Below, one piece after another: positions 55,151 to 64,000 of a DNA stretch of 64,000 bases. Origin of the DNA: Bacteroidia bacterium (lineage in GTDB: Bacteria > Bacteroidota > Bacteroidia > UKL13-3); contig JAIBAK010000007.1 of the NCBI GenBank assembly GCA_019695215.1, positions 1,149 through 65,148 of the forward strand, written 5' to 3'. Position 1 is the stretch's first letter. The number at the start of each line of letters is the position of its first letter. The notes below the pieces were generated by a model. The model was not told where the DNA came from, did not search any database, and saw nothing but the letters and a program-made list of their open reading frames with translations. The translations under genes and the position numbers were made by a program.

Positions 55151-55750
55151 TTGCAGCATATGTTTATTGAGCCGTCATACCATATAACCCATAAAAAGGG
55201 ATGGATTGAAGTCATTTGCGGGAGTATGTTTTCGGGAAAAACCGAGGAACTGATTCGCAGATTAAAACGTGCCCGTATTGCCAATTTACGAGTGGAAATT
55301 TTTAAACCGGCTACAGATACCCGTTATCATGAAGAAAATATTGTATCCCATAACGCCAATTCCATCAAATCAACCCCGGTTGATTCCTCCCTTAAAATTT
55401 TATTAATGGCCAACGAAGTGGATGTAATCGGGATTGATGAGGCCCAGTTTTTTGATGCTGAAATTGTGTATGTGTGCGAAACACTGGCCTCGCAGGGCAT
55501 TCGGGTTATTGTTGCCGGACTGGACATGGATTTTTTAGCCAAACCGTTTGGACCGATGCCCGATTTAATGTCAATAGCCGAATTTGTTACCAAAGTTCAT
55601 GCTATTTGTGTGGTATGTGGTGACCATGCCAATCATTCATATCGCACCATTGCTGATGAAAGCAAAATTTTACTTGGGGAAAAGGATAGTTATGAACCCC
55701 GATGCCGCAAGTGCTTTTCAGAAGGGATGAAAAAACGAAATCAGGTTTAA
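55151..55750 (+). CDS. tdk: Thymidine kinase
   Basis: P-loop [14 protein letters not shown], and the C-terminal Zn-ribbon Cys pairs (CVVCG...CRKCF). Confidence 0.93.
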   Translation: MQHMFIEPSYHITHKKGWIEVICGSMFSGKTEELIRRLKRARIANLRVEIFKPATDTRYHEENIVSHNANSIKSTPVDSSLKILLMANEVDVIGIDEAQFFDAEIVYVCETLASQGIRVIVAGLDMDFLAKPFGPMPDLMSIAEFVTKVHAICVVCGDHANHSYRTIADESKILLGEKDSYEPRCRKCFSEGMKKRNQV

Positions 55751-58700
55751 AAATCGGTACTCAGCGATACGTAGTACACCGGATCTTTGCTCAACTGCAT
55801 ATCTTCTATTCCCCAAGCCATGTCGCCACGCACGTAATAGCCAAACAGTTTAAGATGCAGCCCGGCTCCCACACCACCTACCAGAGGTTGGCGTATATTA
55901 ATAATGGTTGCAGTAATAGGATAACGGCTCACCACCCGTTTATTGAAGGTATTATCATCGGCATTTGGCGACTTTCCAGACCAGGCTGTTCCCAAATCAA
56001 AAAAGGGAACAATCATAAAATTTTTCAGAAAATCACTTTTCATCGGGCGATTGGTGATGTACGCAAACAAAGGAAGACGGAGTTCATTATTCATCACTAC
56101 AAATGAACTTCCGTTGCGTATATTTTGAGTAAATCCCCGCAGGTTTGTGGCCAAAGACTGATATACATAATTTTTAGTTGCATCTACCAAAATGTCTTTG
56201 TTGTATCGCGGACTAATCCAGTTATCTACCCCTCCCAAAAAGTAAACCACCCGTGCACTTCCAAATGAAGTATTAGCGCTAAAACGGGTAGCTAAAACCA
56301 ATTGCCTGTGAATTTTTAAATAATTTCGAATATCAATTCCGGCTGTGGCTAAGGTGGTATTTTCTCTCTTTACGTCCTTGTATGTCTCAACAAAAACTTT
56401 ATACCGAAGCCCGTTTAACAGGTTTAATCCTTTATTTACCGTGTTATCGTAAATATATTCAAGTTTCCCCCCGGCCCAGTTTCGCTCTATAGAAGGTCGG
56501 CCTGCATTGAAAATATCTGACGACAGAATATTTGTAACGTCCTGACGCCCGAAAACGTGAAACCTCAGGCAGCTCCGTTCGGTGAATACATACTTTTGAA
56601 TAAACCGTACCTCATTCACTAAGGTCCGCTGGTAATCAAAATCAGACTGCACAAACCGGGAAGAACGGAAATACTGAACCCTCTTATCAACGCGTTTTTT
56701 GTTGTTTTCGTAAGCTAAGAAAACATCGGTGCCTCTCAGGTCAACCGACAACCTGAAACCTCCAATAATCCGTTTATCGTTAAACATATCATTAATCCCC
56801 AGTTTAAACATTCCGTTGAAGCCCGGATTAAAAAATTGAATTGATCCCGGTGTGTACGGCTGGTAATAGGTATTGATTACGGTATTATCGAGCTGTGTTA
56901 CGAAATAATCAGGTAAAAAAACCGACCGGTAGGTACGTGGTGGCGCAAGGCGCAGTTGTTTCTCTTTGCTTATATTTTTTATTACCGGTTGCTCTGCCAG
57001 TATCTGATCAATGTTAAAGTTTTCCCTATTAGTAAACTCATTCAGAAAACGATACTTCATACTATCGGCAGACTGCTTTTGCAGGGAATCCTGCCCATGT
57101 ATTTTAGGTAGCTGCAAAGGCTCATTCTCTACGCTTGTTTGCGTAAGTGTATCTCTTATCCAAAGTGAAGGTACCGGAAATGCTGCTCCCCGTTTGAACG
57201 GCTTTATCTGAAATGATTTTTTATTCCTCCAGTTGGTGTAGTACGTGGCAATATCCTTTGTTTGTTCAGGAATATCGGTAAAGTTCGGGGTTTTGTAAAC
57301 ACGAAGTGAATTTTCGTTGTAAACCAACTCTACCGAAAATGCTGCCGGCACGCAGGCATCATGCGCCAAAACACTCCGGTAATAATTGGTAAGCGGATAG
57401 GTATATGTTTTATTCCGATAGTGAATGATCGTATCCACCCGCTCGGTGAGCGAATCAATGGAATAAACCTTACCTCTCACAGAAAATGACGAGTTTCCCT
57501 GCTGTAACTGAATAAGTGTATCTAAAAAAAGCGTGTCGTTTTTCCTTAACGAGGTATCTTTAGCTATGATTCTTAGCTCGGCAAAATCAAACAAGGGTTC
57601 AACTTTTACCGCATAACGATTTACTACTCCGTTGTAATCGGTAAGGTAACTATAGTAATCGGCATTATAAGGCATGGGAGCCGACTCGTTTACATAAGGT
57701 GTATTGGTAACCCGGTGCAGCAAATCGTCTTCATGTTCCAGATCATAAATGAAAATATCGTAATTATTTTCTTTGGTCAGCACTCCGTCCGAAGGGGCAC
57801 TAAGTGTATCGGATACCCGGTTGGATGCAAAAATAATGCGTTTGCCTTCATCAATATAATGCGCATCTTTATCATCGTAAAAATCATTCGACAGTTGTCG
57901 TTCCCGCTGCGATTTTATATCTAATAAATAAATATCCGATTGTCCTTTACGGGTTCCGGTAAGTAATACCATGTTTCCGCTTGGGTTAAATTCAAATCCT
58001 GTTACTTTATCTAATTTTTGCAACCTGAACCTTTCCTTTTTCCCTGTCTCCAGGTTAATTGTGAGAAAATAACTTGCTCCTTTACGTTCGTAAAAGCATC
58101 CAATTGACTTCCCGTTAGGATGCCACCCTATCAACGGGAAGGATTTATCCTGAATCATATTCCGGTATTTAAATCCACCCCGGTATATTTTTTCTCTTTG
58201 TTTATTGTACAGGTCAATAGTGTAAATTTTATACACTCCGTGATCGTTTGTGGTAAGAAGCAATTTATTCCCCATAGGGCTTAAACTAACCTGAGGAAGC
58301 ATGGTTCTCCTCATTTCTTTACTTAGTTTAATTTCTTCGGTTGGAAGTGTTTTCCCCTGATCGTCCTTTTCATAAATGTGGTTATAAAAAATTTCCCAGT
58401 TATCGGTAAGCTCATGCATGCGCATACCCAGCACATAATAGAAAGAAGACTCAATGTTTCGGGTTACGCGGGTTATGTAAAGTAAATTGGAAACTATGCG
58501 TTCATCATTGCTTTCAATTAAAAATTTCCAGATGGATTTACCTGCAAAAACAGCTTCGTCTTCTGTGAGAGTACTAAACTTTTTGAACCTTCGGGTTTTT
58601 AAAGCGTCCTTCATCCTGCTGTCATCGGCCACGGTCCATCCCTCGGCCAGGTAATTAATAAGTCCGTTGATATACCAATCGGGCAAAGTAAGCAGGGCGG

Positions 58701-59262
58701 CATTTTGAAGTCGGTCGGTAAGGGTTCCGCCATAGAGCATTTCGTTGGCAATTATTTCGGCCAACCCTGCCCGTATTTGCTGGGTAAAATGCTCGTGGTC
58801 TCCGTCAAAAGTTAAAATAACTTTGGTATCGTACACCCGGGTTACTCCGCCTGTATTTATCTGTACCTCGGTCATCCCTATATTACTCTGTCTGAAATCG
58901 GACTGGGTGGTGTAAATAACAAATTCAATGCGTCCGGAAATGCGGTAATCCATTACCTTTTCCATGGCTTTTAAATGTTTTTCGGCCACCTTCATGGCAT
59001 ACACAGCCAGTTCTTTTCCGCCAGTATAAAAGTATGCATCAAAATTTTCGTTGCGGTAAAACTGCCAGTCAAATTTTTCAAACTGCACCCTGTTCTGACC
59101 AAAGTCGGTATACATTCCCTGGGCGGCTGCCTGTTGATGAAAAGAAAACAGCAGTAGCAGGGAACAGAGAATTTTCCTTAAAAACGGGAATATGTTATTG
59201 TTTAAAAAAAGCACGTTCTTCGCAAAGTTATTCTTTAGCTTATTAATTTTCAGAAAAAACAT
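55747..59262 (-). CDS. Large outer-membrane protein with N-terminal PD40/WD40-like beta-propeller repeats and a C-terminal Omp85-like beta-barrel. The start is uncertain.
   Basis: Repeated motifs of the ...[17 protein letters not shown]... type; a C-terminal amphipathic beta-strand region ending in Phe; a signal-peptide-like stretch ([19 protein letters not shown]) about 30 codons after the first ATG. Confidence 0.45.
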   Translation of the reverse strand: MFFLKINKLKNNFAKNVLFLNNNIFPFLRKILCSLLLLFSFHQQAAAQGMYTDFGQNRVQFEKFDWQFYRNENFDAYFYTGGKELAVYAMKVAEKHLKAMEKVMDYRISGRIEFVIYTTQSDFRQSNIGMTEVQINTGGVTRVYDTKVILTFDGDHEHFTQQIRAGLAEIIANEMLYGGTLTDRLQNAALLTLPDWYINGLINYLAEGWTVADDSRMKDALKTRRFKKFSTLTEDEAVFAGKSIWKFLIESNDERIVSNLLYITRVTRNIESSFYYVLGMRMHELTDNWEIFYNHIYEKDDQGKTLPTEEIKLSKEMRRTMLPQVSLSPMGNKLLLTTNDHGVYKIYTIDLYNKQREKIYRGGFKYRNMIQDKSFPLIGWHPNGKSIGCFYERKGASYFLTINLETGKKERFRLQKLDKVTGFEFNPSGNMVLLTGTRKGQSDIYLLDIKSQRERQLSNDFYDDKDAHYIDEGKRIIFASNRVSDTLSAPSDGVLTKENNYDIFIYDLEHEDDLLHRVTNTPYVNESAPMPYNADYYSYLTDYNGVVNRYAVKVEPLFDFAELRIIAKDTSLRKNDTLFLDTLIQLQQGNSSFSVRGKVYSIDSLTERVDTIIHYRNKTYTYPLTNYYRSVLAHDACVPAAFSVELVYNENSLRVYKTPNFTDIPEQTKDIATYYTNWRNKKSFQIKPFKRGAAFPVPSLWIRDTLTQTSVENEPLQLPKIHGQDSLQKQSADSMKYRFLNEFTNRENFNIDQILAEQPVIKNISKEKQLRLAPPRTYRSVFLPDYFVTQLDNTVINTYYQPYTPGSIQFFNPGFNGMFKLGINDMFNDKRIIGGFRLSVDLRGTDVFLAYENNKKRVDKRVQYFRSSRFVQSDFDYQRTLVNEVRFIQKYVFTERSCLRFHVFGRQDVTNILSSDIFNAGRPSIERNWAGGKLEYIYDNTVNKGLNLLNGLRYKVFVETYKDVKRENTTLATAGIDIRNYLKIHRQLVLATRFSANTSFGSARVVYFLGGVDNWISPRYNKDILVDATKNYVYQSLATNLRGFTQNIRNGSSFVVMNNELRLPLFAYITNRPMKSDFLKNFMIVPFFDLGTAWSGKSPNADDNTFNKRVVSRYPITATIINIRQPLVGGVGAGLHLKLFGYYVRGDMAWGIEDMQLSKDPVYYVSLSTDF

Positions 59263-59899
59263 GATAAGAGTTAGTACTTTTACATTTAATGACTTTGCTG
59301 AGAATACCTACGTACTGCATGACGAAACCGGAGAATGTGTAATTATTGACCCAGGCTGCCAGAAATCGACTGAACAAAAGGAACTCACCTCCTTCATTGA
59401 CAGCAGAAAGCTGAAGCCGGTTGCATTAATCAATACCCATTGCCATATTGACCATATACTGGGAAACGGATTTGTAGCCGATAAATATAAGTTGCCTCTT
59501 CACCTGCATGAAGACGAATTAATTACCATGCGCGAGGCAGCAAGTTGGGCCAGTCTTTTTGAAATGAGCATAAATGAAGGTCCCGAGCGCAAAATATTTA
59601 TTACAGAAGGAGATATTATTCAGTTTGGTAATTCGCTGTTGGAAACTTTCCTAACTCCCGGTCATTCGCGGGCCAGTCTTAGTTTTTACAGTAAAGCCGA
59701 TAAACTCATCGTTTCGGGAGATGTGCTTTTTAACGGCAGTATAGGCCGAACTGATTTGCCGGGCGGAGATTATGACACGCTTATTTTTTCCATCAAAAAC
59801 AAACTATTCAGCCTTAGTGATGATTATGTAGTTTACCCCGGACACGGACCAAATACAACCATTGGGTATGAAAAATTAAGTAACCCGTTTTTAGCCTGA
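59261..59899 (+). CDS. MBL-fold metallo-hydrolase (glyoxalase II-like)
   Basis: HCHIDH metal-binding motif. Start taken at the ATG at 59261 ([19 protein letters not shown]...). Confidence 0.8.
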   Translation: MIRVSTFTFNDFAENTYVLHDETGECVIIDPGCQKSTEQKELTSFIDSRKLKPVALINTHCHIDHILGNGFVADKYKLPLHLHEDELITMREAASWASLFEMSINEGPERKIFITEGDIIQFGNSLLETFLTPGHSRASLSFYSKADKLIVSGDVLFNGSIGRTDLPGGDYDTLIFSIKNKLFSLSDDYVVYPGHGPNTTIGYEKLSNPFLA

Positions 59900-60040
59900 T
59901 GGAACAAACCGGCATACAAAACTTCCTGATTCTGGTTTTGGTGGCAACCGCTTTTGCCTTTTTGCTCTGGCAATTGGTACGTCCGTGGAAGAAAAAGAAT
60001 CCGGAAAAGGATAAGGACTGTGATAAATGCGAATAAGCAA

Positions 60041-60517
60041 TTACCTGTAGAGGAGCACTGAAGCATAAGCCGCCAATCCCTCTTCCCTGCCAATATAACC
60101 CAATTTCTCATTGGTAGTGGCTTTAATGGAAACTGCATCTTCCGCTATTTCACAAATTGCAGCAAGCACCTTTACCATTGCCGGTATATGTGGATTTACT
60201 TTAGGCTGCTCCAGGCAAATGGTAGAATCAATATTGCTGATTTTATAACCTGCAGTGCTGATTTTAGCAATCACCTCTTTCAACAATAATTTGCTGTCAA
60301 TTCCCTTGTATTTCGGGTCGGTATTCGGAAAATGAAAACCAATATCCCGCATAGCAGCGGCACCAAGTATGGCATCACAAATAGCATGAATCAAAACATC
60401 GGCATCCGAATGCCCTACTGCACCTTTTTCAGTATCCAGTTTTACCCCTCCTAAAAAAAGAGGATATCCTTGCGACAACTGGTGAACGTCAAACCCGAAA
60501 CCTATTCGGATATTCAT
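60041..60517 (-). CDS. ispF: 2-C-methyl-D-erythritol 2,4-cyclodiphosphate synthase
   Basis: IGFGFDVHQL...GHSDADVLIHAICDAILGA. Confidence 0.93.
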   Translation of the reverse strand: MNIRIGFGFDVHQLSQGYPLFLGGVKLDTEKGAVGHSDADVLIHAICDAILGAAAMRDIGFHFPNTDPKYKGIDSKLLLKEVIAKISTAGYKISNIDSTICLEQPKVNPHIPAMVKVLAAICEIAEDAVSIKATTNEKLGYIGREEGLAAYASVLLYR

Positions 60518-61755
60518 TATTTTACTTCAGGAGCCGGTTGTTGCGATTTGAACGCATCAATATCAAATATCATGGTGAATCGCAGGGTATTTTCCAGCGG
60601 GTTGCGTTGCTGAAAAGGAACCAGATAGGCTACATCTAATCCAAATACTTTATAACGCAATCCCGCCCCGAAAGTCATATATTTACGATTGCCTTTGTAA
60701 GGAGATTCGTGAAAATAACCTGCCCGCAGCGCAAATTGTTTATCATACCAGTATTCCATTCCGGCCGAATAATGTACTTCCCTCAACTCTTCCTTTAAGC
60801 CACCGGGTGCATCGTAAAACGATTGCATCATCCCTTTCATAATTGGCTGGTCGGGTGCTTTTCCTTTATCAATTACGGGCACTCCGTTTACCAAACTATC
60901 TCCGTTACCGGCTGCATTTTTTAAATAGTACGGATTTGTGGGAACAAGTAATTTATTTAAGTCAATTCCGAATGAGATGGTATTGTATTCATCAATTTCA
61001 TATGTGCCAAAAGTTCCCAATCGTAAATTAATTGGAATGAAATCTCTGTTTTCGGCAGTGGTATAAGTAATTTTAGAACCAATATTAGTGATAGCTGCGC
61101 CAATCGCATAGTTTACTTTTTTACCCTCAACTTTAAATTTGTTTCGGTAGTACATGGTAATATCACCGGCTCCGGCTATCCCTGCTTTAGCCTGAATTCC
61201 ACTGGAGAGAACTGCATTGGGTGCAAGATTCGAATAGATAAAACGAAAGGCAACACCCATGGAAAGTTTATCGGAAAGCTGGGTTGCATATGCCCCGTCT
61301 AAAGCCCACTCATTGGGTGTGGCACTTCCCGTATTGTTTCCGTAATTATCTGTAAACTGAATATTTCCCAATGAAAAATACCTTAGGGAGCCTGCAAAAG
61401 CCGACCTCTTACCAATTTTAGAATAAGCTGAAATATAGGAAAGCGAAACATCGGGTACCAATTGACGTAACCAGGGAGTATAAGAAAGCGAAACCCCTGC
61501 TTTGCGCTCAATAAATGCCAGCTTAGCCGAATTCCAGTGAATGGAATTCACATCAGGAGATGTGGCAACACCAATATCTCCCATTCCGGCATGACGCGCA
61601 TCGGGTGTAATGGTGAGAAAAGGAACCGCAGTGGTTATCACATTTTGCTGACCCGACAACTGGGCTGTCCTCAGATTCTGCTGACCTTGAGATTTTGTTG
61701 CGAGCAACTCAAACAAAACAATAAATAAAACAAATAACAAACGCTTGATATACAT
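60517..61755 (-). CDS. porV: Type IX secretion system outer-membrane protein PorV (LptO)
   Basis: Signal peptide, then VPFLTITPDARHAGMGDIGVATSPDVNSIHWNSAKLAF, the conserved PorV N-terminal block. About 410 aa, the size of a beta-barrel. Directly downstream of porU. Confidence 0.75.
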   Translation of the reverse strand: MYIKRLLFVLFIVLFELLATKSQGQQNLRTAQLSGQQNVITTAVPFLTITPDARHAGMGDIGVATSPDVNSIHWNSAKLAFIERKAGVSLSYTPWLRQLVPDVSLSYISAYSKIGKRSAFAGSLRYFSLGNIQFTDNYGNNTGSATPNEWALDGAYATQLSDKLSMGVAFRFIYSNLAPNAVLSSGIQAKAGIAGAGDITMYYRNKFKVEGKKVNYAIGAAITNIGSKITYTTAENRDFIPINLRLGTFGTYEIDEYNTISFGIDLNKLLVPTNPYYLKNAAGNGDSLVNGVPVIDKGKAPDQPIMKGMMQSFYDAPGGLKEELREVHYSAGMEYWYDKQFALRAGYFHESPYKGNRKYMTFGAGLRYKVFGLDVAYLVPFQQRNPLENTLRFTMIFDIDAFKSQQPAPEVK

Positions 61756-61795
61756 TATACAAAATTTAAAAGTTCACGAATTTACAACTTATTAC

Positions 61796-64000
61796 CTAGT
61801 TTAAAAGTACCAATTTTTCAAACCTCTCGACTTTCTCTCCGTCAGACGATTTGACCCGTACTTTGTACACATACACCCCTTTAGCCAGTTTATCCCCGTA
61901 TTCATCCCGCCCGTCCCAGGGCACACTGGTAAAATGGCTTTCTGCGGCCATCACATCCTGATTGATGGTTTTAATCAGCTTGCCCGAAACGGAATAAATC
62001 TGAATTTGCACCTGCAAAAATTGTCCGTACTTGTTATGGTCAAATTGAAAAGTGGTGGATGTGGTAAACGGATTGGGATAATTTAACACATGATTTAAAG
62101 CTAATCCTGCCTCTGACGCTACAATAAACTCAAGTGAGGCTTCGGATGAATTATTAAAAACATCCCACGCTTTAAGTTTTATATTATGCACTCCGGGTGT
62201 TAACGAACTGAAATTATATTTTACCTGTCCATTCGTAAAACTGTTAAGATTAGCCTGATAATAATCATTCATGATAATGGATGACTGTACATTTCCGTCA
62301 ATAGTGGCGGTTATTTCCCGTCCAATGCCGTTGCCAGCTGTATTAATTCCGTTTTCGTCAAAAAGTGTAGCCAGAAAAAGCGGAGCTGTATTGGTAGTTC
62401 CTCCGCTTACAAAAGCAAAATCGTTCATATAAAGTTTTATTTGCGGACCTTTATTATCACTGCCCGCAGAATCGGATGTTCCGCCAATAATTAAGTTTGA
62501 ATAGTTACCAGCTGCATCTGTCACTCCATTTTCGGCATAGTAACTTATTTTACCAAAGCCATTCACATACGAAATATCTTTAGGAACAATGAACGAATAA
62601 GTAAATGCTCCGTTGCTCACCGATGCCCTCCCCCTGTAAATAACATTTCGCCTCATCTTATACGTAGTGGGGAAACTCGCCACATCATTTGCCAGTGTAG
62701 TATAAGTTTCTTCCTTATCATAAACAGATACGTAAAGTGTACCGTTAAACCCGTTAAGGTTTTGCCCGTTTATATCCTGAATATTGCCGCTGATGGTAAC
62801 TTTACTCAGCGCTTTAATAGTGTCGGGGATTGAGTTAACTGGCTTCCCGTTAACCGCGGTGGTGACTACTTTATTTTTGGGATATGCCAGCACCATTGCC
62901 GGGTCGCCCAGCAGGGTAAAATTACGGCTGTTAAAATCGGGGGCAATGTTTTTTGCCTTGGCCAATACATCACCCAGTGTCGGGAATTTATTTCCGGGGT
63001 CAGAAAATAAATTATTCTGCAATACATTAATATTTAACAGATAATTCGGAAAGGCAAACACCAGCCTTACTGTTGTAAATAAGCCTATCCCTCCGCCATT
63101 TGGATTAATTAACACTAACTCCCCTGCCGAAGTTCGTTCCGGATCATCGAATTTACTGAACTCGCAGGTGGCAGTGATAAAAAGCGGAAGTGCATTTTTA
63201 TTTGTCCATGCATTTATATCGGATAAAGTTAAAACCTGCTCATGTGCCCATTGTGTTTCACCTCCATGTCCGGTATAATTAATTATTAAACACCCTTTGT
63301 TTACCTGATTGTTTATAGCGGTACGTACATCAGGATAACGGCCTCCCTCGGGGGTGGAAATCTGCTTATAAGAATCAAAAAATATTTTATTGATATTATA
63401 GTTTACATAATCAGTATCAATAATGGCACTTAAATTATTTGACTGGCTCAGGTGAATATTAAAATCTTCATCATCCGCCACAAATGCCACATCATTTCTC
63501 CAGTTGCGCATCGAACTGCTGCTGTAATATGAAATTATTTTATTCACAGCCTGCGCTGCTTCAGTTGTTGATTTTACAGGCAAACGTCCAACCCCTAAGT
63601 CCAAGCCCTCCTCTTTACCAAATTGCTCATCCCAGTATCCTTCTTCCGGATCAAGAAATCCAAAAAAATCGTCAGAGCAATAAGAAGCTGTGGGTGCATA
63701 TGAATTCCGGCTCTCGTAGGTTGGAACAAAATTCCCTTTCCATTTTTTTATATCCCGGTAATCAAAAGATGCATCGCCAAACATGAGCAGATATTTTGGC
63801 TGTTCATTGGTCATTCGTCCTCTTTCATAAAACATTCGCATAAAGTTCCTGACAGAACTTACATCAGGTGTCCCCGAGGAAAACTCATTGTAAATTTGCT
63901 CGGGCGTTACAACAACCACATTCATTCCCGACTGCTGCGTGTGAAAATCGGCTAATCGTTTTGCATCATAAACAAAATCGGGGTACGCCACAATAACCAT
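61796..64000 (-). CDS. porU: Type IX secretion system sortase PorU (C25 gingipain-like peptidase). It is truncated at the window edge, with the N-terminus beyond 64000.
   Basis: Large secreted protein with a C-terminal T9SS CTD (...GVYVYKVRVKSSDGEKVERFEKLVLLN). Sits upstream of porV as in the porU-porV operon. Confidence 0.7.
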   Translation of the reverse strand: MVIVAYPDFVYDAKRLADFHTQQSGMNVVVVTPEQIYNEFSSGTPDVSSVRNFMRMFYERGRMTNEQPKYLLMFGDASFDYRDIKKWKGNFVPTYESRNSYAPTASYCSDDFFGFLDPEEGYWDEQFGKEEGLDLGVGRLPVKSTTEAAQAVNKIISYYSSSSMRNWRNDVAFVADDEDFNIHLSQSNNLSAIIDTDYVNYNINKIFFDSYKQISTPEGGRYPDVRTAINNQVNKGCLIINYTGHGGETQWAHEQVLTLSDINAWTNKNALPLFITATCEFSKFDDPERTSAGELVLINPNGGGIGLFTTVRLVFAFPNYLLNINVLQNNLFSDPGNKFPTLGDVLAKAKNIAPDFNSRNFTLLGDPAMVLAYPKNKVVTTAVNGKPVNSIPDTIKALSKVTISGNIQDINGQNLNGFNGTLYVSVYDKEETYTTLANDVASFPTTYKMRRNVIYRGRASVSNGAFTYSFIVPKDISYVNGFGKISYYAENGVTDAAGNYSNLIIGGTSDSAGSDNKGPQIKLYMNDFAFVSGGTTNTAPLFLATLFDENGINTAGNGIGREITATIDGNVQSSIIMNDYYQANLNSFTNGQVKYNFSSLTPGVHNIKLKAWDVFNNSSEASLEFIVASEAGLALNHVLNYPNPFTTSTTFQFDHNKYGQFLQVQIQIYSVSGKLIKTINQDVMAAESHFTSVPWDGRDEYGDKLAKGVYVYKVRVKSSDGEKVERFEKLVLLN

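Overview
This 64-kb window looks like Bacteroidota chromosome. It carries PorU and PorV of the type IX secretion system (T9SS), a secreted protein with a T9SS C-terminal domain (CTD), and the typical tRNA-tuf-secE-nusG-rplKAJL-rpoBC cluster on the minus strand. The core genes are: carA, eno, ftsB-like, pgeF, chrA, the tRNA-Thr/Tyr/Gly/Thr, tuf, tRNA-Trp, secE, nusG, rplK, rplA, rplJ, rplL, rpoB, rpoC block, hpf, xerC, rpsU, an acyl-CoA dehydrogenase, comEA-like, rmlD-like, miaB, a sigma-54 activator, lptE-like, secG, an ECF sigma factor with an anti-sigma-like gene, groES-groEL, a GSCFA gene, a DUF4249 gene with a TonB-dependent receptor, an APC permease, tdk, a large PD40/Omp85-like outer-membrane protein, an MBL hydrolase, ispF, porV, and porU cut off by the window end. 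Two accessory regions stand out. (1) An insertion of about 8.4 kb (2723-11170, all on the minus strand) sits between eno and the ftsB-like gene. It holds three tandem cassettes that each carry a conserved upstream block and a gene for a protein with a conserved N-terminus (M-A-x-x-F-K-N-P-W-G/A-K-G) followed by a different C-terminal domain. One C-terminal domain is an M23 peptidase; another is CHAP/NlpC-P60-like. Each is followed by one or two genes for signal-peptide or lipoprotein products that I read as candidate immunity proteins. The first cassette is full length and also encodes a LamG-like protein with a T9SS CTD and a 560-aa Cys-tailed protein. In cassettes 2 and 3 those two genes are collapsed into an unannotated 51-aa fusion ORF that joins the LamG signal peptide to the Cys-rich tail of the 560-aa protein. 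This has the look of a polymorphic effector/immunity array built for recombinational cassette switching. I could not place it in a described family. (2) A two-gene module (17224-18791), an ABC/AAA_21-type ATPase plus a small TOPRIM-like partner, overlaps at ATGA and is bracketed by a ~57-nt direct repeat. I read it as a candidate split OLD/PARIS-like defence cassette. There is also a small GC-rich hairpin repeat family (two tandem copies between carA and eno, one downstream of rpoC). No rRNA, CRISPR array or IS element was seen.
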